Below, one piece after another: positions 1 to 8,654 of a DNA stretch of 64,000 nt (positions within the stretch are counted from its first letter, which is position 1; each line of letters starts with the position of its first letter). Location of the stretch: contig DUPN01000065.1 of NCBI GenBank assembly GCA_012838305.1, positions 11,637-75,636 of the forward strand, read 5' to 3'. The translations under genes were made by a program, and so were the position numbers. Origin of the DNA: Bacillota bacterium. Its GTDB lineage: Bacteria > Bacillota > Limnochordia > Darwinibacteriales > Darwinibacteriaceae. The notes under the pieces were generated by a model, which was not told the origin of the DNA, made no database searches, and saw only the letters and a list, made by a program, of their open reading frames with translations.

Positions 1-110
1 CGATTATTCCTTCTCCAATTCCAGGTTTGACTCACGAATTTCGTACGAATATGATCTGGAAAATACCTGCAGGGGGTGGTTTTGGGTGGTCTTTTTGTCC
101 TGCTACTATC

Positions 111-139
111 TTGACATTGTGACCTATACTCGATATAGT
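111..139 (+). promoter_or_regulatory. candidate sigma-A promoter for feoAB: -35 TTGACA at 111-116, 17 nt spacer, -10 TATAGT at 134-139
   Basis: Consensus-like hexamers with correct spacing about 55 nt upstream of the feoA start. Read directly from the sequence. Confidence 0.35.
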
Positions 140-146
140 TATATAT

Positions 147-170
147 GAGAATGATTTTCAATGTCATAAT
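147..170 (+). promoter_or_regulatory. Fur-box-like AT-rich imperfect inverted repeat (gagAATGATTTTCAATGTCATAAT) between promoter and feoA
   Basis: Partial match to the Firmicute Fur box 7-1-7 motif TGATAATnATTATCA. Its position immediately upstream of an iron-uptake operon fits Fur control. Confidence 0.3.
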
Positions 171-193
171 ATGTCAGGGAGAGGAGGCACCCC

Positions 194-424
194 ATGGACT
201 ACTTACCGCTGATCAGCTTACACTCGGGGGAAACCTGCAAAATAGGGCGGATCGTAGCTGGCCGTTCTGCAACAAAGAGATTGTATGAGATGGGGTTTAA
301 TACGGGTGCCCAAATACAAGTATTGAAGAACGACCGCGGTCCCCTCATCGTGGCGTTGTGTGGCCATAAGGTTGCCCTGGGTCGAGGTTTGGCGCAGAAG
401 ATGCTAGTCGGAAAGGTGCGGTAG
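194..424 (+). CDS. feoA: FeoA family ferrous iron transport protein
   Basis: 76 aa, SH3-like FeoA size and composition. GGAGG RBS upstream, and the gene lies directly upstream of feoB. Confidence 0.8.
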   Translation: MDYLPLISLHSGETCKIGRIVAGRSATKRLYEMGFNTGAQIQVLKNDRGPLIVALCGHKVALGRGLAQKMLVGKVR

Positions 425-430
425 AACGAA

Positions 431-2461
431 TTGGGGGAGAAAAGGAAGATGTCGTATACCATTGCCTTGGTTGGAAATCCCAACAGTGGGAAGACAACAC
501 TGTTTAACGCGCTGACTGGATCGAATCAACATGTGGGTAACTGGCCAGGAGTGACGGTGGAGCGTAAGGAAGGGCAGGTTCAGCGCGGAAACCAACTCTA
601 TACCATCGTGGACCTCCCTGGTACCTACAGCCTAGGGGCCCTTTCCGAGGACGAGGTGGTGGCGAGGGAGTTTATCCTGACAGGCCATCCCGATGTGGTG
701 ATCAATGTGGTGGATGCCACCAATGTAGAACGGAACCTTTATCTCACCACCCAGCTCTTGGAGATGGGAGCCAAAGTTGTGGTGGCATTAAACATGGTGG
801 ACGAGGCCGAGGACCGTCAGATCTCCGTCGATGAAAAGGCTCTTGCTCAGCGTCTAGGCGCACCTGTGGTACCCACGGTTGCTAGTCGACGCAAGGGATT
901 GGACCAATTGATGCAGGCGGCTGCTGACGTGATCGAGAGGCCGCTGAACGGAGTTGTTCGCCTCAGCTATGGGGAGTCCATCGATGCCAAGCTGGCCGAA
1001 CTGCAAGAGTTTCTGGTAAAGGGCGATTTAACCTACCCCCCCGGCTGGTTAGGTGTCAAGCTGCTGGAAGGTGATACCTATGTTCGCAAAATCGTGAGGG
1101 AGAATGCCAGTCTGCAGTCTTCCGAGGAGTTTGGTCGGCTCTGGGATGAGATTGCCGCTCAGGAAGACGATTGGCAGCTGGAAATTGTGGATCGCCGCTA
1201 TCAATTTGTGAGTGCGATCACCAAAGACGTGGTGCAAAGACCTGGGACGGCGGTTCAAACAGCCACCGATCAGCTGGATCGAGTCTTGACCCATCGATAC
1301 CTGGGGCTGCCGATTTTTGCTGCCATCATGTTTGTGGTTTTTCAATTAACCTTCGCCGTGGGACAAGACCTATTGGGTGATCTGATGGCTACGGGAATGG
1401 GTGCTTTCGGGTCAATCTTGGAACGCGTCCTGGTAAACGCTGGTGCTCCCGATTGGCTGATTGGTTTTGCGGGAAGCGGAATCATCGGCGGGGTAGGGGC
1501 CGTTCTGGAGTTTATCCCCCTGATTGTGATCTTATATCTGCTGATGGGACTGCTAGAGGACAGCGGTTATATGGCCCGGGCCGCCTATGTTATGGACAAT
1601 ATTATGCGGGCTGTAGGTCTGCAGGGCAAGACATTTGTGTCCATGATTGTGGGCTTTGGCTGTAATGTCCCTGGGGTGATGGCCACCCGCACTCTGGAGA
1701 GCAGGAAAGACCGTATGATCGCGGTGTTGATCAATCCCTTTATGTCCTGCGGAGCCAAAATCCCCATTTACCTCGTGTTTATCGCGGCTTTTTTCCCAAG
1801 CTACGGGGGGCTGGTACTTTTCTCCGTATATGTACTGGGAATTCTCATCGCTTTCCTCATGGGCAAAGTTTTCAGCAAGACCCTCTTTAAGGGGGAAACC
1901 TCCCATTTCATTATGGAGCTGCCTCCTTACCGCCTGCCGACTGTGGGCAATGTGCTGCGCAATATGTGGGACAATGTCTCCGGCTTCTTGGCGCGGGCTG
2001 GAACCACCATTTTTGCTGTGGTTAGCTTACTATGGGTGTTGGCTGTGCTTCCCGGAGGAGTTGAGCCCTATGGACCTGAGAGTATTCTCGGCAGGATTGG
2101 TCTGGTTATCGCCCCTATTTTTGGACCGGCCGGTTTTGGCAACTGGCAGGCTGCCGTAGGCTTGTTCTCAGGTATTGCCGCCAAAGAAGCTGTGGTAGCC
2201 ACATTGGGTATGGTTTACGCTGGAGTGGAAGGAGGAGCGGAGTTGGTCGGGGTGATCCGCGAGGTATTCACTCCCCTCAGCGCAGCCTCCTTTATGGTGA
2301 TGACACTGCTTTATACCCCTTGTGCAGCCACCCTGGGCACGATTCGTAAGGAGACCGGGTCAGCCAAATGGGCTCTCTTCTCAGCGCTTTATACCTTTGC
2401 CATCGCTTGGGTCATGGCTGTGCTCATTTTCCAAATTGGCCGTTTGTTCGGCTTGTCCTAG
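431..2461 (+). CDS. feoB: ferrous iron transporter FeoB (N-terminal G-protein domain plus polytopic membrane domain)
   Basis: G1 motif GNPNSGKTTLFNALTG, G3 DLPG and G4 NMVD. C-terminal half is hydrophobic with the Gate motif region. 676 aa is typical for FeoB. Confidence 0.95.
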   Translation: MGEKRKMSYTIALVGNPNSGKTTLFNALTGSNQHVGNWPGVTVERKEGQVQRGNQLYTIVDLPGTYSLGALSEDEVVAREFILTGHPDVVINVVDATNVERNLYLTTQLLEMGAKVVVALNMVDEAEDRQISVDEKALAQRLGAPVVPTVASRRKGLDQLMQAAADVIERPLNGVVRLSYGESIDAKLAELQEFLVKGDLTYPPGWLGVKLLEGDTYVRKIVRENASLQSSEEFGRLWDEIAAQEDDWQLEIVDRRYQFVSAITKDVVQRPGTAVQTATDQLDRVLTHRYLGLPIFAAIMFVVFQLTFAVGQDLLGDLMATGMGAFGSILERVLVNAGAPDWLIGFAGSGIIGGVGAVLEFIPLIVILYLLMGLLEDSGYMARAAYVMDNIMRAVGLQGKTFVSMIVGFGCNVPGVMATRTLESRKDRMIAVLINPFMSCGAKIPIYLVFIAAFFPSYGGLVLFSVYVLGILIAFLMGKVFSKTLFKGETSHFIMELPPYRLPTVGNVLRNMWDNVSGFLARAGTTIFAVVSLLWVLAVLPGGVEPYGPESILGRIGLVIAPIFGPAGFGNWQAAVGLFSGIAAKEAVVATLGMVYAGVEGGAELVGVIREVFTPLSAASFMVMTLLYTPCAATLGTIRKETGSAKWALFSALYTFAIAWVMAVLIFQIGRLFGLS

Positions 2462-2479
2462 AATTGAGGAGGTGTAGTC

Positions 2480-2740
2480 TTGCTGAAGGAGCTTTTGGTG
2501 GAGATTGATCAAGCTGATTATGTATCGAAGGAGCGTTTAGCTGTAACCCTTGGCCAATCTGTATCCCGAATTGAGGATGGCCTGGCGGAGCTGGTGCGCC
2601 TGGGCTACCTGTCGCAAGATAATGGACTGAACTGCGCCGATCTACCCTGCGGCAAATGCCCCTATGTCAGCATGTGTCACAGGGATCCCCTGAAAACCTG
2701 GGAGATTACAGACAAGGGCCAGCGAGTCCTAGCAAGATAA
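2480..2740 (+). CDS. FeoC-like winged-helix protein with a C-terminal Cys cluster (CxxxxCGKCxxxxxC)
   Basis: 86 aa ORF with a TTG start 8 nt after GAGGAGG. The helix-turn-helix-like N-terminus plus cysteine cluster immediately downstream of feoB is the usual position of FeoC-like regulators. Confidence 0.5.
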   Translation: MLKELLVEIDQADYVSKERLAVTLGQSVSRIEDGLAELVRLGYLSQDNGLNCADLPCGKCPYVSMCHRDPLKTWEITDKGQRVLAR

Positions 2741-2745
2741 AAAAG

Positions 2746-2769
2746 ACCCATGGGCTCTGCCCATGGGTT
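2746..2769. terminator. bidirectional hairpin terminator (GACCCATGGGC tctg CCCATGGGTT) between convergent genes
   Basis: Perfect 9-10 bp GC-rich stem. An A-run on the plus side gives a U-run for the minus-strand gene at 2783-3349. Confidence 0.6.
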
Positions 2770-2782
2770 CAATACTACTCCT

Positions 2783-3349
2783 CTATTCTGCTCTGTAAAT
2801 TGTTGCCCCTTCGTCCGTTATGTTCAACATGATTTGCGGCGACAAAAAACCCAGTAACTCTCCCTTGAAGAGACCAATGTAGCCGTTGTTGTGGACATTA
2901 TTGCCCATAATACCTGTGGGACGGCCTTCTGCATTGTTGATTTCCAGTACTCCCCCATAGAGACCTGAGCGGAGGCCCACCAGTTTGGTCATCTTGCTGG
3001 TTCCGTTGTACAGGAACAGACTTCCTGCATTGTCCTCGTTCTGCATGGCCGCAGTAAGGTGGCCTTCTTGGTTAAATACTCCGATTGCTCCGCCATTCTC
3101 GTATGATAAGAGCGACACAACACGGTTGCCATTATCATTGAAAAACTCTAGACTTACGTCTGCTTTGGCCTCGTCATATTTGAGTGAAGCGACCGTGTTT
3201 CCCTCATTGTTGACGATTACAATTTCCCGGGCTACAAGTTTGTCCAGAATCTGCTGGGTTGCGTTGACAACGTTAATGCCTGTTAGTGCAACAAACAACG
3301 CCATGAACAACAATGGATAAATAATGAGCCGTTCATACTTAGACACCAT
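2783..3349 (-). CDS. hypothetical membrane-anchored protein (N-terminal transmembrane helix, Asn/Gly-rich extracytoplasmic region)
   Basis: 188 aa ORF with an N-terminal hydrophobic segment LIIYPLLFMALFVALTGI. I do not recognise the family. Confidence 0.45.
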   Translation of the reverse strand: MVSKYERLIIYPLLFMALFVALTGINVVNATQQILDKLVAREIVIVNNEGNTVASLKYDEAKADVSLEFFNDNGNRVVSLLSYENGGAIGVFNQEGHLTAAMQNEDNAGSLFLYNGTSKMTKLVGLRSGLYGGVLEINNAEGRPTGIMGNNVHNNGYIGLFKGELLGFLSPQIMLNITDEGATIYRAE

Positions 3350-3531
3350 TTCACCCCTTTGTGGAACAGACTAATTGTTAGAGAAATTCGTCTTAGACGG
3401 CCAAATACCTGCTACACTTGTGCGCTGTTTCATTTTTTGCGAGAAAAAAGCTTCCATCTTCTCTGCGGACCAGGCAGGAGAAGGGGGGACGAAGGGGAAG
3501 TAGATTTTCACCACAGAACTGGAGGAACAAC

Positions 3532-4431
3532 GTGCTAGACATCCTGAAGCCCTTTTTCATGTTAGGTCTGCTCATCGCCTTAGGCGCTTATGTGTATGCC
3601 TCGAATTTGCTTGATTTGGACTTTTTCCGTAAGCTAAGCCGCCTGGTTGTGCGCTTCACGTTTCCCGCCATGCTCTTTGTCTCCATGTACAACATGGAGC
3701 CGGGCGCTTTGCAGCAGGGGTGGATTTTCACCGCTGTGGGGCTGGGGACATCGGTTTTGCTGGCTTTTACTGCCCATTACAGCGGGGAACTCTTTGGACT
3801 GAAGGGTACGACCTTTGGCACGTACCAGATCCTCTGCACCAATGGCAACAACATTTTTTTGCCCGTTCCCATCATTGCCGCTCTCTTCGGCTCGCCTTAT
3901 GTGGTCTATGCGGTCTTGTTTGAATTAGGTGCCGGCCTTTTCTATTGGAGCTATGGTGTGTCCCACTTTCGCCCCGGACGACGGCTGAGTCTGAGGCGTT
4001 TGGTCAATCCGAATATGCTCGCACTGGTGGCAGGGCTGATCCTCGGTTTGCTTCCGGTCCAGGTACCTGGTTCAATCTATGGGGCTTTAGAGATTCTCGG
4101 CAATATTACGCTGGGATCCGCCATGTTGATTGTTGGTGCCTTGGTCATGAACGTACTGAAAAGACCCTTAAGGCCCCGGCGGGAGATCTCAGGTGTGGTT
4201 TTGCATCGCCTGCTGCTTAGCCCTTTGGTAGGAGTGATCCTGCTTCGTTTGGTCCCATTCCCGGCTGAACTGGGGAAAATCCTCCTTCTGCTTATGGCCA
4301 TGCCCCCGCTAATGACCACCGCCCTCGTTGCCGCCAGCTTTAATGCTGATGAGGAGCTCGCGGCCATGGGAGTGGCGCTGCCCACTCTCTTGAGTTTTGT
4401 GGTCTTGCCCTTAGCTCTGTCCATGCTTTGA
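3532..4431 (+). CDS. AEC family (auxin efflux carrier-like) membrane transporter
   Basis: Hydrophobic ~300 aa protein with an AEC-like N-terminus (LDILKPFFMLGLLIALG). I chose the GTG start at 3532, which sits 7 nt after GGAGGAA, over the longer ATG in the ORF track. Confidence 0.75.
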   Translation: MLDILKPFFMLGLLIALGAYVYASNLLDLDFFRKLSRLVVRFTFPAMLFVSMYNMEPGALQQGWIFTAVGLGTSVLLAFTAHYSGELFGLKGTTFGTYQILCTNGNNIFLPVPIIAALFGSPYVVYAVLFELGAGLFYWSYGVSHFRPGRRLSLRRLVNPNMLALVAGLILGLLPVQVPGSIYGALEILGNITLGSAMLIVGALVMNVLKRPLRPRREISGVVLHRLLLSPLVGVILLRLVPFPAELGKILLLLMAMPPLMTTALVAASFNADEELAAMGVALPTLLSFVVLPLALSML

Positions 4432-4534
4432 GATGAAGTTTTTGGATGTAAAAATAGGAAAAGCGTTGGGAATAAAGAGGAGTTTGCCCTTGGGTAGCTA
4501 ATAAATTAGTATCGGTTGTTTTGTTTGGGTAAAA

Positions 4535-4548
4535 TGCAACCGGTTACA
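4535..4548 (+). promoter_or_regulatory. cre/LacI-family-like palindromic operator TGCAACCGGTTACA upstream of the sugar ABC operon
   Basis: Fits the cre consensus TGNAANCGNTTNCA at all constrained positions except position 3. Centred on the CG dyad, 30 nt upstream of the binding-protein start. Confidence 0.3.
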
Positions 4549-4576
4549 TTCTAAAAAGATACAGGGGGTTTTAGAA

Positions 4577-5842
4577 GTGAAAAGGAGTCTGTTTGTCGTA
4601 TTCAGTGTACTGTTAGTGCTGGCTCTTTCCCTCGGAGCGTCCGCTCAGGGTGTGGTGACCATGATGGGCGTTTGGGGCGGGCAGGAGCTGGAAGCATTCC
4701 AGGAAGTGATGGAGGCTTTCACGGCGAAGACAGGTATTACTGTACAGTTTGAGGGCACCCGTGATCTGCCCACCTTGCTGCAGACCCGTATTGCCGCTGG
4801 CAATCCTCCCGATGTTGCCGCTATTCCTGGACCTGGGGCCATGAAAGAATATGTTGAGCAGGGTGCCCTGGTTGACCTGAACGGAGTACTTGATGTGGAC
4901 ACTCTGACCAACGATGTCAACGATGCCTGGATTGAGCTGGGCACCTACAAGGACGGTCTCTACGCCTTGATGTTCTCCGCCGATATCAAGAGCCTCGTGT
5001 GGTATCGTCCCGATGAGTTTGCGGCGAAGGGCTATGCGATTCCTACGACCTGGGATGAGATGGAAGCCCTGATGGAGCAAATGGTGGCCAATGGGGATAC
5101 CCCCTGGGCGATTGGTTTGGAGTCTGGTGCAGCCAGCGGTTGGCCTGCAACGGACTGGATTGAAGACATTATGCTGCGTACTGCAGGTCCTGATGTCTAC
5201 GACCAATGGGTCAATCACGAGATTCCTTGGACCGATCCACGAGTTCAGGAAGCCTTTGAGATCTTTGGCAAAATCACAACCAACAGCGACTATGTCTATG
5301 GCGGGCCGATTACAGTCTTGGCCACAAACTTTGGCGACTCCGTTGCCGAGCTGTTCACCGATCCGCCCCGGGCGATGATGCATCGTCAAGCTAGCTTTAT
5401 CACCAGCTTTATCCGGGACGCAAATCCCGATGTGGAGATCGGAAAAGATGTAAGCTTCTTTGGTTTCCCCATGATTAATCCCGAACACGGTAATCCTATG
5501 TTAGGTGCAGGCTCCATGATTGCACAGTTTAACGACAACCCTGAGGCAGCTGCCTTTATGAACTTCCTCGCTGGTCCCGAAGCACAGGAGATCTGGGTGA
5601 ACAGATTAGGTAAGCTGGGGACGAATAACAAGATCAATCCCGAGGTCTATCCCGATGACTTAACCCGCGAAATGGCTGAGCTGCTCAATCAAGCCGATGT
5701 ATTCCGTTTTGACGGTTCGGACTCTATGCCAGCTGCGGTAGGTTCCGGTGCGTTCTGGGAAGGCACCCTCATGTATGTGGGCGGAGAAGACTTGGCCGGT
5801 GTGTTGGAGTTTATCGAAAATGTAGCAGTCGACAGCTACTAG
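4577..5842 (+). CDS. carbohydrate ABC transporter substrate-binding protein (solute-binding family 1)
   Basis: Signal peptide ending LSLGASAQG. 421 aa is typical of sugar-binding proteins, and two MalF/MalG-type permease genes follow. Confidence 0.85.
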   Translation: MKRSLFVVFSVLLVLALSLGASAQGVVTMMGVWGGQELEAFQEVMEAFTAKTGITVQFEGTRDLPTLLQTRIAAGNPPDVAAIPGPGAMKEYVEQGALVDLNGVLDVDTLTNDVNDAWIELGTYKDGLYALMFSADIKSLVWYRPDEFAAKGYAIPTTWDEMEALMEQMVANGDTPWAIGLESGAASGWPATDWIEDIMLRTAGPDVYDQWVNHEIPWTDPRVQEAFEIFGKITTNSDYVYGGPITVLATNFGDSVAELFTDPPRAMMHRQASFITSFIRDANPDVEIGKDVSFFGFPMINPEHGNPMLGAGSMIAQFNDNPEAAAFMNFLAGPEAQEIWVNRLGKLGTNNKINPEVYPDDLTREMAELLNQADVFRFDGSDSMPAAVGSGAFWEGTLMYVGGEDLAGVLEFIENVAVDSY

Positions 5843-5916
5843 GTTCTCCAAGATACGAGGATCTGGGGCGCGCTCTCCACAGGGCGCGCCTTTCCTTCGA
5901 AGTATGGGAGGCGATT

Positions 5917-6783
5917 TTGGTGAAGCGGAAAATCGGTGGCGTGACTCCACTTGTCTATGTGGGCCCTGCAGTGTTGTTTCTCCTCGTCTACCAGGTCTAT
6001 CCAGCACTGCAAACCATCTATTTCAGTTTTATGGATCGGCGTTCTCAGGCCTTTGTGGGACTGGACAATTACCGGTATGTGTTCACTTCCTCCGTAATGC
6101 TGACCGCCTTTCGCAACAACTTGCTGTGGTTGATTTTCTTCACCGCTGGCACTGTAGGTTTGGGTTTGCTCTTTGCGATCCTGGCGGATCGGGTCAAACA
6201 CGAAAGTCTCGCTAAGTCTGTCATTTTCATGCCCATGGCCATCTCATTTGTAGGTGCCGGTGTTGTCTGGAAGTTTATGTACGCTTACAAACCCCCGGGC
6301 TCTGAACAGATCGGTTTGCTCAATCAAATTTTAGTCGTGTTGGGGTTTGAACCCAAAGGTTGGCTTTTGCAGAGCCCTCTGAACAACTTCGCCCTGATCG
6401 CGGTTGGGCTGTGGATTTGGACTGGATATTGTATGGTTATCTTGTCCGCCGCCTATAAGGCGATTCCCAAGGAACTGATGGAGGCGGCCCAAGTCGACGG
6501 TGCCACGGATTTACAGGTGTTTAGGCATATTACCATTCCCGAAATGCGTCCAGCATTGACCATGGTGATCACCACGATGCTGGTGAATGTGCTTAAGATC
6601 TTTGATATCATCTATGTTATGACCAATGGTAACTTCGGCACCGAGGTAATTGCGAACCGTATGTTTAAAGAAATGTTCCAGTTCGCCAATACCGGGCGGG
6701 CCAGTGCCATTGCTGTGGTCCTGTTTTTGATGATTATCCCCATCATGTATGCCAACATTCGTCAGAAGTTGAGGGAGGGCTGA
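5917..6783 (+). CDS. carbohydrate ABC transporter permease (MalF/UgpA-like)
   Basis: Six predicted transmembrane segments with the binding-protein-dependent-transport signature region (AAQVDGATDLQVFRHITIP). Confidence 0.9.
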   Translation: MVKRKIGGVTPLVYVGPAVLFLLVYQVYPALQTIYFSFMDRRSQAFVGLDNYRYVFTSSVMLTAFRNNLLWLIFFTAGTVGLGLLFAILADRVKHESLAKSVIFMPMAISFVGAGVVWKFMYAYKPPGSEQIGLLNQILVVLGFEPKGWLLQSPLNNFALIAVGLWIWTGYCMVILSAAYKAIPKELMEAAQVDGATDLQVFRHITIPEMRPALTMVITTMLVNVLKIFDIIYVMTNGNFGTEVIANRMFKEMFQFANTGRASAIAVVLFLMIIPIMYANIRQKLREG

Positions 6784-6785
6784 GT

Positions 6786-7649
6786 ATGAACGGACAGAGG
6801 CTGAAAAGAAAACTACCTCAAGTCGTGATCAATCTCGTCGTCCTGATCGCGGTTTTGCTGTGGTTTCTTCCTACTTTGGGTTTGTTGATCACGTCCTTCC
6901 GGCCAGCGAGCGACGTGGCTTACACTGGGTGGTGGACTGTCCTGACGAGTCCTCTGAAGTTTACGCAGTATACGATCGAAAACTACCAAGCGGTACTTTC
7001 AACAGGGGGTATGCTCACCGCCTTTCGTAACAGTTTTCTGATTACCATTGGCGGAACGGTAATCCCTGTGTTTCTGGCATCCCTGGCGGCCTTTGGTTTA
7101 TCCAAGCTGCATTTTGGGGCCCGCGGCTTCTTCTACGGCCTGATTGTGCTGATGCTGGTGGTACCCTCGCAGATGACGTTTATCCCTGTGCTGAAGCTGT
7201 ACAATATGCTCAGCCTCTCCGGCACCTTTGTGGGCTTGTGGCTGGTTCATACAGGTTATGGCCTGCCGTTTTCCATCTTTATGCTGCACACGTTTTTCCA
7301 GAGCCTCCCCGACGAGCTCTTTGAGGCCGCCCACATTGACGGCGCATCTGTTTGGACTACCTTTGTACGTTTGGCCATACCCCTTTCCGTTCCCGCTTTG
7401 GCCTCCTTAGTCATCTTTCAGTTCCTCGCTGTGTGGAATGACCTTCTGGTAGCTCTGATCTATCTCGGAGGTCACCAGTCCGTAGCGCCGCTGACCATGA
7501 GGCTTTCCAGTCTGGTGGGTTCCTTTGGCCAGGATTGGCATCTGCTGACAGCCGCAGCCTTTATCTCCATGGTTGTTCCGCTCATTGTTTTTTTCTCGCT
7601 GCAGAAATACTTTGTGCGTGGGCTCATGGGCGGTGCGGTGAAAGGTTAG
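6786..7649 (+). CDS. carbohydrate ABC transporter permease (MalG/UgpE-like)
   Basis: EAA-loop-like motif (EAAHIDGASVWTTFVRLAIPLS). The start overlaps the upstream permease stop, suggesting translational coupling. Confidence 0.9.
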   Translation: MNGQRLKRKLPQVVINLVVLIAVLLWFLPTLGLLITSFRPASDVAYTGWWTVLTSPLKFTQYTIENYQAVLSTGGMLTAFRNSFLITIGGTVIPVFLASLAAFGLSKLHFGARGFFYGLIVLMLVVPSQMTFIPVLKLYNMLSLSGTFVGLWLVHTGYGLPFSIFMLHTFFQSLPDELFEAAHIDGASVWTTFVRLAIPLSVPALASLVIFQFLAVWNDLLVALIYLGGHQSVAPLTMRLSSLVGSFGQDWHLLTAAAFISMVVPLIVFFSLQKYFVRGLMGGAVKG

Positions 7650-7665
7650 GGAAAGGGAGAGGTCT

Positions 7666-8541
7666 ATGTTCACATTTTTGGGGACATCTGCCGGAGAACA
7701 GTATCCCGGCGTGTGGTGTGACTGCCAGAACTGCCATGGGGCCAGACACTTGGGAGGCGTCAATCGTAGGCGCAACAGCTGCGCCATTTTGGCCGACCAT
7801 ACCCTGATCGATTTTGGACCGGCGATCCCTATCCAGCTAGATGAACGGGGTTTTTCCCTCTTGAAGGTAGACACTCTCCTGGTCACCCACTCCCACCAGG
7901 ATCACTTTTTCCCCTGGTATCTGCGCTGGAGGTATTATCCCCGGGGTATAGCTAATCCGCCGGAAGGACATGAGATGGGGCCCGTCTTTACAAAACCCCT
8001 TCCCCTAACGATCTATGGGAATTCCCGGGTGCGGGAACTCACATGGGACGCGATCAAAGGGGATCCGCAAAACCACCATCTGGACTTTGTGCTCCTCAGG
8101 CCCTGGGAGTCCGTGGTGACCCGGCATTTGGTGTGTACTCCCATCAAGGCCAACCATGATCCACGGGAGGAATGTTTTAACTTCATCCTGGAGTATCAGG
8201 GAAAAACCATCCTGTATGCTACGGATACCGCAGCTTTTCTTCCGCAGACCAAAGAGTTTTTGACGGACTATCGCTTCGATTTGGTTGTGATGGAAGGCAC
8301 CTTGGGTTTTAACCAAAAGTATGATGCCAGCGTCAGTGGACATAGCAACTTCCACCTCAACAGGGAGACCCGGGAATGGATGCTGAGCAGCAATATGCTG
8401 GCCGAGAAAGCCCCTTTCGTCATTACACACACCGGGCCGCATTTTGCGCCTCCCCATGAAGAATGCGCCCCCTTGCTGGCCAAATGGCAGCTCACCTTAG
8501 CTCATGACGGAATGACAGTTCACCTTCAGAAACAGGTCTAG
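7666..8541 (+). CDS. metallo-beta-lactamase-fold hydrolase, PhnP-like phosphodiesterase family
   Basis: N-terminal GTSAGEQYPGVWCDCQNCHGAR zinc ribbon resembling PhnP, plus the HSHQDH metal-binding motif. Confidence 0.75.
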   Translation: MFTFLGTSAGEQYPGVWCDCQNCHGARHLGGVNRRRNSCAILADHTLIDFGPAIPIQLDERGFSLLKVDTLLVTHSHQDHFFPWYLRWRYYPRGIANPPEGHEMGPVFTKPLPLTIYGNSRVRELTWDAIKGDPQNHHLDFVLLRPWESVVTRHLVCTPIKANHDPREECFNFILEYQGKTILYATDTAAFLPQTKEFLTDYRFDLVVMEGTLGFNQKYDASVSGHSNFHLNRETREWMLSSNMLAEKAPFVITHTGPHFAPPHEECAPLLAKWQLTLAHDGMTVHLQKQV

Positions 8542-8654
8542 AGCGTCGTACTCAGGCCTTTTTTTTGGTAGGAGAAGGATCTGGGGAGATGGTACTAGAA
8601 ATCTTTCAGGTCCGGTCATAATAGAGATGAACGTAAGGGAAGGGGGGCGGCGCT

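Noticed and set aside
4613-5488. 291 aa minus-strand ORF inside the sugar-binding protein gene. Similar long antisense ORFs occur inside purL (14228-14740), oppF (22162-22569 and 22535-22861) and grdE (63192-63905).
   Set aside because: These are shadow ORFs antisense to genes with clear homology and signal, which is typical of high-GC DNA. No RBS and no recognisable domains.
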